A stretch of 64,000 nt of DNA, from IMG/VR virus record IMGVR_UViG_3300010942_000265, one strand, 5' to 3'. Shown here in pieces: positions 9,810-20,174 of the stretch (the first letter of the stretch is position 1; every line of letters starts with the position of its first letter). Source of the stretch: a virus. Taxonomy: Duplodnaviria; Heunggongvirae; Uroviricota; Caudoviricetes. Below the pieces are notes generated by a model. It saw only the letters and a program-made list of their open reading frames with translations. It did not search any database and had not been told where the DNA came from. The translations under genes and the position numbers were made by a program.

Positions 9810-11109
9810 TTTGTGTGTTTATTTGATGGTTATTTAATTCAGATTCGGAAAGAGGTTCTACCTTTACTTCTTCTGTCATAGCTTCAACAGGTTCTTCAAT
9901 AATCTGGCCTTCTTCTAGCCCTTCAATCATTTCAAAGTTATCCTCAACTGCAAACTCAGATTCCGGAGCCTCTTCTTCCCCTACTAGAACTTCTTCTTCA
10001 ATTACCTGAACGGAAGGTACAAAATCTTCTTTAATTTCATAAGAATAGTTAACATTCATTTCAGCTAAGTATTCTGGGTCAAGTGTAACAGTCTTAACTC
10101 TGAACATTGCTGAATCTCCTGAGTCTAAAACATCTTGATGACAATGGTCAAGAATAATATTTAAATTTTCAGGAGTTAATTGTCCTTTTTCTCTTAGAAT
10201 CATAGTGATACTATCAATAGAATTTCTATGGATAATATTATCACCAATCCAACCAGTCAAAGATTTAAAATTAACATGACTCTTAGTATGTGATTCATAA
10301 ATCCTATGAGACTGATTTTTAAACAATAACAAAAGATAAACTAAACTTGCATTATATTTACAGTTAGCCATGATTTCCATTGCAAGCACATGATTGTCTT
10401 TATCATTACTTTGAAACATCACAGTTAATTGATCATACATTGCAGCATCAATTATACTAGCTTGATCACCATTTAATTGATCAACAATACCGGATTCATC
10501 ATATATTTCTTTACCTTGAGAGGCATCAATCATTTTTTTGTAACTATCAGATACAATTAATAGTCTACTACTAGGAGGAATTTTATCCCAATTTCTTGTA
10601 GTTGACATAAAATTAGCTAATGGTCTATCAACCATGATATACTCATTAGTATAAAACTCAAGTGCAGTATTTACTCTCTCTAAATGTTGAGCATCTACTT
10701 TACTTGTCAAATCTGCATCAGCCATACCGGCTCTGAAATCATCAGTTTTAATTTTGTATCCATAAATATGACTAGTCATTTTATGAATACTACTTGCATT
10801 AGCAAAGAATATGTTTGCATCTTCAGGATTCCTAGCAGTTTTAATACCATGTTCAACCGACATGTTTCTAAACTTTACTCTAGGAATGCTTACTCCCGGC
10901 ATAAAACATATACGGTCTCCTTTTTGAGGAACATACTTGTTTTTAGAAACAGCTATTATTTTATTAATATCTGAATCATAGTTGCCAATTCCACTATTTA
11001 CTGTCAATGTTATTTCAGTAGCGTCTTCAACAACACTCCAATAACCCAAAGAACTTTCAATAACTAATATTTGTTCAGGCATTTGACTTAAATTAAAAAG
11101 GGGAAGCAT
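9784..11109 (-). CDS. Hypothetical protein (441 aa) with acidic C-terminal tail
   Basis: ORF track; no recognisable motif; E-rich C-terminus. Confidence 0.45.
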   Translation of the reverse strand: MLPLFNLSQMPEQILVIESSLGYWSVVEDATEITLTVNSGIGNYDSDINKIIAVSKNKYVPQKGDRICFMPGVSIPRVKFRNMSVEHGIKTARNPEDANIFFANASSIHKMTSHIYGYKIKTDDFRAGMADADLTSKVDAQHLERVNTALEFYTNEYIMVDRPLANFMSTTRNWDKIPPSSRLLIVSDSYKKMIDASQGKEIYDESGIVDQLNGDQASIIDAAMYDQLTVMFQSNDKDNHVLAMEIMANCKYNASLVYLLLLFKNQSHRIYESHTKSHVNFKSLTGWIGDNIIHRNSIDSITMILREKGQLTPENLNIILDHCHQDVLDSGDSAMFRVKTVTLDPEYLAEMNVNYSYEIKEDFVPSVQVIEEEVLVGEEEAPESEFAVEDNFEMIEGLEEGQIIEEPVEAMTEEVKVEPLSESELNNHQINTQNESGIDWF

Positions 11110-11130
11110 TACCTTCCCCTATGTTTGTAC
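11096..11130 (-). terminator. Intrinsic terminator (minus strand)
   Basis: GGGGAAG-cattacc-TTCCCC followed by a T-run on the minus sense. Confidence 0.45.
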
Positions 11131-11180
11131 TGTATTAATTTGATGAATAGTATAAAGAGGGAAAATGTCCTACGTCAGTA

Positions 11181-12371
11181 TTACTTGACAGCCATTTGTA
11201 CAACTTTGTTATCCATCATCATTCTTGAAAATTTAACCTTGTTACCATTAACAATTTCCTTAAGCATGTAATATCTTAAGTCATCTGTAAAGGCTTCGCA
11301 GTCTGTGGTTAATTTAACCAAACGGTTAATCATTTGCTCAGATACAGGATTATTTTCTGCATGAACTAATGAATAGTTAATTAAACGCGTAGCAATTACG
11401 CTTGAGATATCAGCTCTAAAGTCTGCATCTTTACCAACAGCTGAATTCAATGCACCCATTACATAAGCTTCATCTTTAGTTAAGATGTCTTCAGGGCTAA
11501 TGATTCTGTCTAGTTTGTTGTTAATGAACATAGTAAACATTGCAGCAAAATCAACTCCAACAGAACCTTCACCAATCATTTGAATTAAAGGTAACTGATC
11601 TTCAAACTTTGGAATAGAGCTAATTGCATTAAAGAATGTAGTAATTGCTCTAGGATTAACATTTTGGGTAACTAGCTCAGGATGCATTAACATGAAGTTG
11701 ATACATCTACCATCAATGTTTGCAGTCTCTGCCCATTTAGCCCATACATCTTTGTCATATTTAACACCAACAGAAATAAATCTAGTCTTTTGTGCAACAT
11801 CCAAAGAAGTAACATTATAGTCACCGTTATCAGGATTAGTAGTTAACAAGATATGCCAGTTCTTTGGAAGTTTCCAAGAAGCATATGCTTGCTCATCAAT
11901 AAGAGTCATTGTAGCCTGCATAAATCTGTGATCTGCGCGCGTATAATCATCAAGGATTAGGAAACCACCTTCTCCTTTGTTTTGAATCCACTCAGGAACA
12001 GCATGTGACATTCTCTTGCCAATAACTTTATATCCTTTTGTAGTTGCTGCAGCTATCTGAGATTCATTAATCCAAGTAGTTTTACCTTCTGCATTCTGAA
12101 TTTCAAATTCTTTAACTGGAAAACCAACCAAGTCACCTAACTCCTCAAACTCTGCTAAGTTAAGTCTTATGATATCCATGTTTAATTCTTTGGCTAATTG
12201 TTTGACAGAAGAGGTTTTACCAAGACCCGCATCTCCTTCAATATTTAAAGCTACAGGAATTTTACCTTGTGCTTGAATATGCTGATTATTTTTAACCATA
12301 TGGTTAACAAAATCTTTTAACTCATCAATATTTAATAATACTTGACTGTTTTCAATTTTCTTTTTTGACAT
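11181..12371 (-). CDS. AAA+ ATPase, MoxR-like (partner of the downstream VWA protein)
   Basis: Walker A GDAGLGKTS and Walker B FLILDDY. Lies immediately downstream of the DUF2201-type VWA gene. Confidence 0.55.
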   Translation of the reverse strand: MSKKKIENSQVLLNIDELKDFVNHMVKNNQHIQAQGKIPVALNIEGDAGLGKTSSVKQLAKELNMDIIRLNLAEFEELGDLVGFPVKEFEIQNAEGKTTWINESQIAAATTKGYKVIGKRMSHAVPEWIQNKGEGGFLILDDYTRADHRFMQATMTLIDEQAYASWKLPKNWHILLTTNPDNGDYNVTSLDVAQKTRFISVGVKYDKDVWAKWAETANIDGRCINFMLMHPELVTQNVNPRAITTFFNAISSIPKFEDQLPLIQMIGEGSVGVDFAAMFTMFINNKLDRIISPEDILTKDEAYVMGALNSAVGKDADFRADISSVIATRLINYSLVHAENNPVSEQMINRLVKLTTDCEAFTDDLRYYMLKEIVNGNKVKFSRMMMDNKVVQMAVK

Positions 12372-12383
12372 CTTATTAATTTT

Positions 12384-13688
12384 TTACAATTCTAATTTTA
12401 TAACTCTACCGGGAAGATCATCATTCATATGTGAACGTTCAGATAATACCCATAAGCATTGTCCTTTAGGGGTAACATGTGCCGTACATTCTCCGTCAGT
12501 GAAATAAACCAAGCTTGTGAATTTTCTAATGTTGTCATTATAATATTCAATAACCGGATCAAAGTAGGTACCACCTCTACCATGAACTTTTATTTCAGAA
12601 TCACCCTTATAAGGTTCAATTGATCTGATGTGAGTATCACATTGTACAATAGTGATGTCAACACCTGCTTTATAGATATGATGAATTTCATTCATAAACT
12701 CTAATAGCTCATCATTATTAACTGAAGCTGAGGTATCAATAGCTAATAACATATGCTGTCTCATCTTAACTTTCATCCCAGGGTTATCAGAGAATCTTCT
12801 ATTCTCCTTTCTTCTGATCTTCTTAGTAAATACTCTTGTACTTACTCCAGTAAATCTTCTGATATAACCTCTCCAGTCAAACTTAGGAGGAACAATCTCT
12901 TCAATCTCAATCAGACCATCAATTTCCCCTGGTACTGTACCGCGTTTCTTAATAGTTTGTTCTTTGGCATCAGATAAAAGTTTTTGCAATTGCTTGTTAA
13001 TCAACTTTTCTTCAGCTTCAGACATGTTTTCAAAATCATCCCATGTGGAATGATCATCAACTTCACCATTAGACATTGCATCAAGTAATTTATCCATTGA
13101 TGGAGAACCTGATGTACCAGTTTCATCTTTCTTATCTTTTGCTTCCTTGAGTTTATCATAATAATATCTAGCACCTGCCTTAAGATCTAAGTTAAGTTCT
13201 GGATAATCTTCAATCATAACACCTCTACTAGGTACACTATTAGCTAATTCTTTGATCTCTTCTTCAGTCAGAGACCCATCAGCTTTTCCATTAGCAATCT
13301 TCTCCTTAACAGAGTTAACTAACTCATCATAATCTGTTTTAGTGTATTCATCACCAGGTAACCAACCTTTTTGGATATACTGATTAATCTCCATATCCAT
13401 TGCAAGATTAGCTAGCTTTCTGTCACTAAATTTAAAGACAGTAGATAAGTGACCAAAAGCAATATGTAGCAACTCATGTTTGAGAATACCTATTCTATGT
13501 GGTTCAGTCAATCTACTCCAAAACTCATCATTTATTTCTAACTGATAGTTGATTCCATTTTTGCTTACACCTGCCGTGGGTACCCTTGAGCTCCAATGCT
13601 TATTAAGCATAATAAGAAAGATACCGTAGTAGGGTTCTTTCAGCATCAGGTCTTTGGCAGCTTTACTTAGTGTGTCCTGCTTGCTCAT
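12384..13688 (-). CDS. VWA-like domain protein with N-terminal HExxH putative metallopeptidase domain (DUF2201_N + DUF2201-like)
   Basis: HELLHIAFGH motif in the N-terminal part. C-terminal LLAIDTSASV...HGRGGTYFDPV matches a VWA/MIDAS-like fold. Classic pairing with a MoxR ATPase. Confidence 0.6.
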   Translation of the reverse strand: MSKQDTLSKAAKDLMLKEPYYGIFLIMLNKHWSSRVPTAGVSKNGINYQLEINDEFWSRLTEPHRIGILKHELLHIAFGHLSTVFKFSDRKLANLAMDMEINQYIQKGWLPGDEYTKTDYDELVNSVKEKIANGKADGSLTEEEIKELANSVPSRGVMIEDYPELNLDLKAGARYYYDKLKEAKDKKDETGTSGSPSMDKLLDAMSNGEVDDHSTWDDFENMSEAEEKLINKQLQKLLSDAKEQTIKKRGTVPGEIDGLIEIEEIVPPKFDWRGYIRRFTGVSTRVFTKKIRRKENRRFSDNPGMKVKMRQHMLLAIDTSASVNNDELLEFMNEIHHIYKAGVDITIVQCDTHIRSIEPYKGDSEIKVHGRGGTYFDPVIEYYNDNIRKFTSLVYFTDGECTAHVTPKGQCLWVLSERSHMNDDLPGRVIKLEL

Positions 13689-14082
13689 CTTTCAACTTAA
13701 TATTAATCTCAATAGAATCAGAGGGGTAACCTAATTGCTCTAAAAACCCAAGCATGTCAACAACAAAGAATTCAAAGAATAATTCAACGGCTTCTTTGCT
13801 ACCATTAGATTCTCTAATTACAGATAAACATCTAGAACTACTCATAATTGATTTATCAGTAAAGAAGTTCTGTAGAATTCCCCATGCTTTAGGAGCTTCT
13901 TTTTCCCATTGTTCTTGTCTGAGTTTGCTGAATTTAAATAAGACAACTAACTCACCAATATAATTTTGTAAATCTGCATTTTCAATTGCTTTAAATGCAA
14001 TGACTGCATTCTCTTCATCAGGTGATGAAAGCATATGCAGTAAATTTCTTGTTTCATCTTTTCCAAACTTAATCTTTTCCAT
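13663..14082 (-). CDS. Hypothetical protein (139 aa)
   Basis: ORF track. Confidence 0.4.
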   Translation of the reverse strand: MEKIKFGKDETRNLLHMLSSPDEENAVIAFKAIENADLQNYIGELVVLFKFSKLRQEQWEKEAPKAWGILQNFFTDKSIMSSSRCLSVIRESNGSKEAVELFFEFFVVDMLGFLEQLGYPSDSIEINIKLKDEQAGHTK

Positions 14083-14423
14083 CAGTCTTCAATTTTTAAA
14101 GTCTTAATCATCCATTCTTTTGGTGAATTAATATTATCCACCCATTCTTTTGCTGTTGGAATATATCCATTGCAGTCTTCTTTGACATGTTGCTCGCCTA
14201 TGTATCTCACATAAACTTTTTTACCTTCAGAATTGGTAATAATCATACCAAATATTTTTTCACATTCAAATATACCTTCACTGTGATGTCTAAACATTCT
14301 GTGCTTACTATGACCAATCCAGGCCTTAGTTTCATCAAACCAGTTATGAATATTAATGTAGTCTCCAGGTAAACCACCAAACTTTTTAGCAGATGATTTT
14401 GCATGTTCCCATGGATGTGCCAT
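14082..14423 (-). CDS. Hypothetical conserved phage protein (113 aa)
   Basis: ORF track; MAHPWEHAKSSAKKFGG...HRMFRHHSEGIF. Confidence 0.4.
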   Translation of the reverse strand: MAHPWEHAKSSAKKFGGLPGDYINIHNWFDETKAWIGHSKHRMFRHHSEGIFECEKIFGMIITNSEGKKVYVRYIGEQHVKEDCNGYIPTAKEWVDNINSPKEWMIKTLKIED

Positions 14424-14824
14424 TATTCTAAAGATTTATTGATAAGATTTCCATCATGTAAATAGTCTTCAGAATGTACTACTCTTACATGGTTATCAAT
14501 CATATAGTCACCTGAAGGTACACAAATAGATAATTCACCCCAACCGCCTTCATTGTTCCACCAATCTTCAATATCATCAAGGATTTTAGTATGTGCAAAA
14601 TCTTCAATTAAAGCATAAGAACCTTGATCTAATTCTGCTAATGTAGGACTAGCCCAAGATTCAACTTGGTCATCTACATCACTAGGTGTTTCACAAGGTT
14701 TAGTAGTATAGCCAATCCATTCAATAGCACCTGAATCTCCACCACCTTCATATGTTACTTTAATTCCGGTCACACCAAGGTCAGCCAACTTAAGTAGAAG
14801 GCCTGTCATTTGATTTTCTGTCAT
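14423..14824 (-). CDS. Hypothetical protein (133 aa) with YEGGGDSG motif
   Basis: ORF track. Confidence 0.4.
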   Translation of the reverse strand: MTENQMTGLLLKLADLGVTGIKVTYEGGGDSGAIEWIGYTTKPCETPSDVDDQVESWASPTLAELDQGSYALIEDFAHTKILDDIEDWWNNEGGWGELSICVPSGDYMIDNHVRVVHSEDYLHDGNLINKSLE

Positions 14825-14826
14825 AA

Positions 14827-15252
14827 TTATTTTGTTTTGTAAAACCTGCCAAGAATATTGGCATTTAAGAATTCTTCTTTTTCAAGCACTTCATGTATAA
14901 ACTGGTGCTTAACTTCTTGATATGTTAATTCCATTTGTGATTTACATATCATCAGTATTTCTCTTTTAATCATAACACCTGCTTTGTGAGCATCTTTAAG
15001 AGTTTTATTACTACTGTAATAATTCATAAAGTCAGGCTTAATAACACGGGTATACTTTTTCAGTCTTTTATCGGTTGACATTGCTAATGCTTTCTTACCC
15101 AAGGGTCTTTTGATATTAGCAAAGAAGTTCTTTTTACCAATGTATGCTACAGATTTACCATCAATAATAGCAGTCATAATGTAAATAAAACCAACATATC
15201 CTTCTGGTATATGGTGTTCATTAAAGTCTTTACCTTTGTAACTCCAACTCAT
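14827..15252 (-). CDS. Small protein with possible degenerate GIY-YIG-like N-terminus
   Basis: GFIYIMTAIIDGKSVAYIGKK resembles a GIY...YIG spacing; weak. Confidence 0.3.
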   Translation of the reverse strand: MSWSYKGKDFNEHHIPEGYVGFIYIMTAIIDGKSVAYIGKKNFFANIKRPLGKKALAMSTDKRLKKYTRVIKPDFMNYYSSNKTLKDAHKAGVMIKREILMICKSQMELTYQEVKHQFIHEVLEKEEFLNANILGRFYKTK

Positions 15253-16232
15253 AACGCTTGTTTTAAAAGGGGAAAGAGAACTTCCCTAGTTTTTTCTATT
15301 CCGTGTTTTTCTACTGAATCAGCAATATCCTTTTCTAAAGGTAACACAATATATGGAATATCATACTTAGAGTTATATCTCTGTGCAGCTTTTATACCGG
15401 GCTCATCATTGTCAAAGATTACAAAAATCTTTTTGTACTTCCGGATTAATTTAGACATAGTAGTTTCAGCTAACATACTGTTCTCACTATCTGGAGCTAT
15501 AACTTCTATACCTTCAATCTTCAGTTTTCTAAAGGCCATCAAATCTTTTAAGGAAGATGTGATTACCAAATATTTCTTATCAAAACTTAACTGTTCAGAA
15601 CCTTGAATGTAATTCTGGACTTTGACAAACTTCCTGTCTTTATCCATGGGCTTGTAAATCTTGTACAGTGTACCATCATTCTTAAAATACCCGTAGATGT
15701 AACCGTTAGCATGCCTAAAAGACTTTACTTCACCATTAGCTTCACTCTTCTCCATTACATAATATGAAAGAGGCATGACATTGTGGTAATCCAACATCTT
15801 GGATCCAATATGAAATCTACTCCAATAGATCTCATCTTGCTTCTGCCAATGTCTTATTTCATAATCTGTAACTTTGTATCTGTCTTGGCTAAAAGTGTCT
15901 GTCTCAAATCTTCTACTGTTATTGTTAACGTAGTCCTGATAATCATTAGTTATTTTACTTGCAGCTTGCCATCTATGTTCTAAATTAAACATATACCTGA
16001 CTAACTCAACATTGTCACCCTGAAAGCCAGATGAAAAGTCCTTGAACTTATATGCACCATCTTTGTGATAAACACACATAGATGGAACTTTATCTTTAGG
16101 GTTAAACACTGAAAGTATTTTAATATCTTGACCCGTCAATCTTTCATTGAGGTTCAAATAATATTCAAATACCCATTCAACAGGGACATCTGTTACTACA
16201 GAAATTAAATTCTTTGTTGAAATCATAACCAA
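15249..16232 (-). CDS. DNA primase (Toprim domain, DnaG/T7-primase-like)
   Basis: C-terminal Toprim signature VIAPDSEN ... IFDNDEPG. N-terminal CVYHKDG..F is zinc-binding-like. Confidence 0.6.
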   Translation of the reverse strand: MVMISTKNLISVVTDVPVEWVFEYYLNLNERLTGQDIKILSVFNPKDKVPSMCVYHKDGAYKFKDFSSGFQGDNVELVRYMFNLEHRWQAASKITNDYQDYVNNNSRRFETDTFSQDRYKVTDYEIRHWQKQDEIYWSRFHIGSKMLDYHNVMPLSYYVMEKSEANGEVKSFRHANGYIYGYFKNDGTLYKIYKPMDKDRKFVKVQNYIQGSEQLSFDKKYLVITSSLKDLMAFRKLKIEGIEVIAPDSENSMLAETTMSKLIRKYKKIFVIFDNDEPGIKAAQRYNSKYDIPYIVLPLEKDIADSVEKHGIEKTREVLFPLLKQAL

Positions 16233-16242
16233 TGCATTAATA

Positions 16243-16266
16243 ATAAAAGGGAAGCCATTGCTGACT
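16243..16266 (-). terminator. Intrinsic terminator (minus strand)
   Basis: GGGAAG-ccattgctga-CTTCCC followed by TTTTATT on the minus sense. Confidence 0.45.
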
Positions 16267-16286
16267 TCCCTGTAATTAACTAGTTG

Positions 16287-16973
16287 TTAATCCAATGAAA
16301 AGTCAGAAGATGTTTTTGGTGGAATACTTAGATCTTCCTCATCATTACCAAAGTTGCTTACTTCAGAAACTTTAGCTTTAACAAGATGAGTAGTCTCATT
16401 ATATGTCAACACTTTATTTGCTTCAGCTTCTCCAAATGCATATTTGTTTTTGTCTGATTTTGGTAAGAACAAATCATAGTTTGTATAACCTGATTTGTTT
16501 AAATACTCTTTTCCAGCAATACAGAATTCAAGATATTTATCTTGGAAAGGAGCTGATTGGTTGAACGCTTTAATTAAGTCATCAATTGTATCATGCAAGT
16601 TATCTTGAGCAATAAACCAGTCATTGATTCCAAGAGTCTTACATAAGTTCTGCATGAACATCATGATAGATCTATCTCTTTGAATTTTAATTCCTGTTTT
16701 TGTCTCACCATCTGCAAAAGCATATTGACTTGCTTTAACTCTACCTATTTGACCTGCATAGTGACCTTTGCTTTCATCATCTTTGTCAATCAGAAAACCT
16801 TGGAATCCTTCAATTGGCTCACCTTCCACATTGATTATCAAATGTTTAGCACCAGGAATGAATGAATAATCATCCAATTGAATGCTGTTAATTTTTAATA
16901 CGTGGTTACCAGGAGCTAATGTTTTTGGAAGGCCAGACCCACCAGTGCTCAAATCAGTTGTACTTAATCCCAT
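16287..16973 (-). CDS. Hypothetical protein (228 aa)
   Basis: ORF track; lies between the primase and Sak4-like genes. Confidence 0.4.
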   Translation of the reverse strand: MGLSTTDLSTGGSGLPKTLAPGNHVLKINSIQLDDYSFIPGAKHLIINVEGEPIEGFQGFLIDKDDESKGHYAGQIGRVKASQYAFADGETKTGIKIQRDRSIMMFMQNLCKTLGINDWFIAQDNLHDTIDDLIKAFNQSAPFQDKYLEFCIAGKEYLNKSGYTNYDLFLPKSDKNKYAFGEAEANKVLTYNETTHLVKAKVSEVSNFGNDEEDLSIPPKTSSDFSLD

Positions 16974-16992
16974 TTTTATTTATTTTTAATTG

Positions 16993-17712
16993 TTACACAA
17001 ATACTTTGTCCCATGTTGTTGTAAGGACACCATCTACCATTTCAGTTATTACAATCTCTTCATTTCTAAGATGATCAGGTCTTGCACCGCAAGTAACTTC
17101 ATCATTAGTTTTGAATGATAAGATAGTCTTATTCCCTTTTCTATACATATAGCCAATTGCATCAGCATTAGCACAGATAAGAGATTTGATTTTACCAGTC
17201 AAATCAATGTTTGCTGCCATTACCATTTCACCTTTATCATCTACTTGCTTGTCTTTAATATGACCAGAAAGAATAATGTGGGGCGCTAAGGTATCAATAA
17301 AATCTAAAACTTGAAAAAATGCTTGACGGATATATAAATATCCAGCACCATTAGGTAATGTAATAACGGAAGTACCGTCAAAGTTTTTACCCATAGATGT
17401 TTGTTTGTAAAGCTTAACCGCTAAAGGCATAATCATATCCTCTAATGCAGTTACAGTATCAACAGTAACATATTTATATGGACATCCTGCTTTTTTAATT
17501 GCTTTACCAGCATCAAGCAAATCTTGTAGACTATTAATTTTAATTTTCAGAGCTTCTACGTAATCAGTACCATTTTCTAAATCTAAAATTAGATTATTAT
17601 CAAGACCAGCATAAGCTGTTGTTTTACCGGTCTTTGGTTTAGAATAGATAACTATTCTCTTGGGATTTACACGTTCTCCCTTAATTTTACTTGTTGGCAA
17701 TACAATACTCAT
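16993..17712 (-). CDS. Sak4-like RecA-fold ATPase (AAA_24 family, putative single-strand annealing/recombination protein)
   Basis: IVIYSKPKTGKTT Walker A near the N-terminus; size about 240 aa typical of this family. Confidence 0.5.
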   Translation of the reverse strand: MSIVLPTSKIKGERVNPKRIVIYSKPKTGKTTAYAGLDNNLILDLENGTDYVEALKIKINSLQDLLDAGKAIKKAGCPYKYVTVDTVTALEDMIMPLAVKLYKQTSMGKNFDGTSVITLPNGAGYLYIRQAFFQVLDFIDTLAPHIILSGHIKDKQVDDKGEMVMAANIDLTGKIKSLICANADAIGYMYRKGNKTILSFKTNDEVTCGARPDHLRNEEIVITEMVDGVLTTTWDKVFV

Positions 17713-18368
17713 TGTCTTTCAATTAAAGAATTTAACCATAGTTTGTTGCTCACAGGTTTTTTCCACATAATTGCAGCAAAATCTGTGATTGTCATATCAG
17801 TAATTGGAGCATCATCACCTACTACAATGTCTTGTAGGGTAGGTTCTTTCAAATCAACTCTTTTACCCAACTCTTCTTCAAAGTCAGGAAATACTGTACT
17901 GTTTTGCAAACGCGGTATGCCCACTGCCTCCTTAGAAGAATTATCTTTTTCCTTTTCATACATAGGATAAGACATCTCTCTTCCATCAGGGGATACAGCA
18001 ACCATTTCTGCTAAAGGAATAGTATAAGTAAAGTACGGTTCACCAGTCTTCTGGTTAATGTTTTCTTTCTTCTCATACTCTTCAGCAAAATGAGGATTAA
18101 CTCTATACTTGCACAACAATCTGTCTTCATGAAAAGGCTTGTAGTTTACTACATTACCTTCAGGACTAGTCACATTGTCATAAAACTCAATATAGATATC
18201 CTCTCCTTTCTTTAATTCCCATTCAAAGAATTGAACCTGTCTTCCATACTTACCTTTCTGAAAGAATGCAGTTTTAATTACAAAGAATGGATCCATGATT
18301 CCCAACTTGCGGAATGTTTCCATGTGTTGCACAAAGAACTCTTGTTGTTTTTCTTGTCTTAAGCTCAT
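17709..18368 (-). CDS. Hypothetical protein (219 aa)
   Basis: ORF track; overlaps neighbours by 4 nt (coupled). Confidence 0.4.
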   Translation of the reverse strand: MSLRQEKQQEFFVQHMETFRKLGIMDPFFVIKTAFFQKGKYGRQVQFFEWELKKGEDIYIEFYDNVTSPEGNVVNYKPFHEDRLLCKYRVNPHFAEEYEKKENINQKTGEPYFTYTIPLAEMVAVSPDGREMSYPMYEKEKDNSSKEAVGIPRLQNSTVFPDFEEELGKRVDLKEPTLQDIVVGDDAPITDMTITDFAAIMWKKPVSNKLWLNSLIERQ

Positions 18369-18378
18369 AACTTGTTTT

Positions 18379-19383
18379 TTAATTTGTACTTAACTTTTGC
18401 TTTGTTGCTGTTGGTGGAGTATCAATTTCAACAATTCTCATAGTAGTACGATCAAGCTTAAAGAAGCTTATTCTTGTGGTACCATTTCTTGATTTCAAAA
18501 AGTGAAAGACAAGTATGTCTGTATCACTTATGATATACTTTTCTGGACCATAATTTCTGATCTTACGTATTGAGGGTTTGTTTATACCCAATACTACATC
18601 AGCGTGTTGCAACAACGCATCAGAACCATATATATCAGAATCTAATACATAATTTCCGTAAGTTCCTTCCTCTGACCTTTTAGGGTCATCAATGTTTCTA
18701 TTCAATTGGCTTAACACAATAAAAGCAACTGGATAATGCTTCTTCATCATAGTGAGTGCTTCACCTAATGAGCCAAGCATTTCAAACTTGTCTTTTTCTG
18801 TTTTGGCTTTCTTGAATAGTGCAGAGTGATCAATTGCTACTAGCATGTTAGGGTAAGTCCCGTCTGCTTTTTTGTGCTTATTCATACTGTAATGTATTGT
18901 CGCGCACATTTCATCTACTGTACATGCATCATATACCACATCTACTATATCAGTAGATGCAGTTTTGTGATAGTACTCTACACATTTCTCGTAAACAATC
19001 TTGTCTACGGGTTTTCCTTTACTCATTAATGTATTATAATCAGAACCTGTTTTCAGACTAAATTTTCTCACGCCACTGGTTTCATCAACCATTTCCATCT
19101 GGAACTTTAAAACTCTAAATTCTTGATCACTGTTGTTTTCAATGATATCACTGATCAACTGCTCCATGAATAATGTTTTTCCTGTTCCTGGTCTAGCACC
19201 TACTACGGTGATAGTTCTCCATTCTAATCCATCACAAAACGCGTCATTAAATTTTGGCCAGGCACTCTTTAAAGATTTGACTTGTCCGTTTCTTCTTGCG
19301 CGCATTTTCAAAAGAGCTTTTTCTAATGCTGCTCTTTCTGTGATTGGGATTAAGGGTCTAGCCCCGTTAAACAAGTCTGCCAT
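18379..19383 (-). CDS. DnaB-like replicative DNA helicase (RecA-fold C-terminal domain)
   Basis: Walker A GARPGTGKT. LSQLNR, IYGS...ADVVL and LKSRNG motifs. Confidence 0.75.
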   Translation of the reverse strand: MADLFNGARPLIPITERAALEKALLKMRARRNGQVKSLKSAWPKFNDAFCDGLEWRTITVVGARPGTGKTLFMEQLISDIIENNSDQEFRVLKFQMEMVDETSGVRKFSLKTGSDYNTLMSKGKPVDKIVYEKCVEYYHKTASTDIVDVVYDACTVDEMCATIHYSMNKHKKADGTYPNMLVAIDHSALFKKAKTEKDKFEMLGSLGEALTMMKKHYPVAFIVLSQLNRNIDDPKRSEEGTYGNYVLDSDIYGSDALLQHADVVLGINKPSIRKIRNYGPEKYIISDTDILVFHFLKSRNGTTRISFFKLDRTTMRIVEIDTPPTATKQKLSTN

Positions 19384-19389
19384 TGGTAT

Positions 19390-19584
19390 TTATTTTAGTA
19401 GTTTACACCGTTCTTTTGCTTTATTATAAAAGCCATGAAATACACTTATTACAACTTCAATTAGTATAAAGTGCCAGAGAGTGATAGTCACAAAGAAAAG
19501 ATTAACTATGTACCAACCTAAAATTGTTCCTGATAAAGCCAGTCCTAATAGTAAAGTACTATTTACTAAACTGTGTTTGATCAT
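19390..19584 (-). CDS. Small membrane protein (2 TM)
   Basis: ORF track; hydrophobic. Confidence 0.35.
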   Translation of the reverse strand: MIKHSLVNSTLLLGLALSGTILGWYIVNLFFVTITLWHFILIEVVISVFHGFYNKAKERCKLLK

Positions 19585-20174
19585 ACAACATCTTCTGTAA
19601 AATAAACTTGATCAATGTCTGGAGTTGTTTTAATCAACTCACAGTAATTTGCTAATTCAGACTCAAATGATTTATCAATGTTCTGTTTTCTTACAAAGTA
19701 CTGAGATGTCCGCATGTAATCAAAGTTTCTAAGTTCATAATCTTTTACATATTTTTCTGCAGCTTCTAGGATTAAATCCCAACTGTAGTCATATGTATCA
19801 AAAAACCATTTAAAAGCACTTTCCAGATTCTTTGGGTTTGTTCTTGCATATTTTCCGGAGGATAGTTTCCTATTAGGAAATATTTCAACATACTCCTGGA
19901 TCTTTTGCATAAAATCTGCACCCATTAAATCTTTTGATACTTTTTTGCTTGTCTTTTTGAAGAAACCACTAATCTCATTTATAAAGATAATACTTTTATT
20001 AGTAAGTTGCAAGTCTGCTGTTAACCATGCGTCACTTTGCAGTCTTTTGCATTCTAATTCTTTATTAACAAAATTTTTGGGTACTACATTTTCTTTTATG
20101 CAATGTAAAACATAATAAGCATTAGGAGTAAGATTCTCCTGAATGAGTCTATTGAATATTTCTGTCATTACCAA
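19581..20174 (-). CDS. Hypothetical protein (197 aa)
   Basis: ORF track. Confidence 0.4.
   Translation of the reverse strand: MVMTEIFNRLIQENLTPNAYYVLHCIKENVVPKNFVNKELECKRLQSDAWLTADLQLTNKSIIFINEISGFFKKTSKKVSKDLMGADFMQKIQEYVEIFPNRKLSSGKYARTNPKNLESAFKWFFDTYDYSWDLILEAAEKYVKDYELRNFDYMRTSQYFVRKQNIDKSFESELANYCELIKTTPDIDQVYFTEDVV

Noticed and set aside
15262-15290. Hairpin GGGAAAG-agaa-CTTCCC + T-run near the primase 3' end
   Set aside because: It lies within or overlaps the last codons of the primase ORF on the opposite orientation. Terminator function is uncertain.
10684-19429. Plus-strand ORFs 10684..10974, 12753..12977, 13754..13963, 14187..14372, 15211..15606, 15783..15983, 16680..16865, 17743..17970 and 19133..19429
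   Set aside because: All are antisense overlaps of longer minus-strand genes in a uniformly minus-oriented, tightly packed block.
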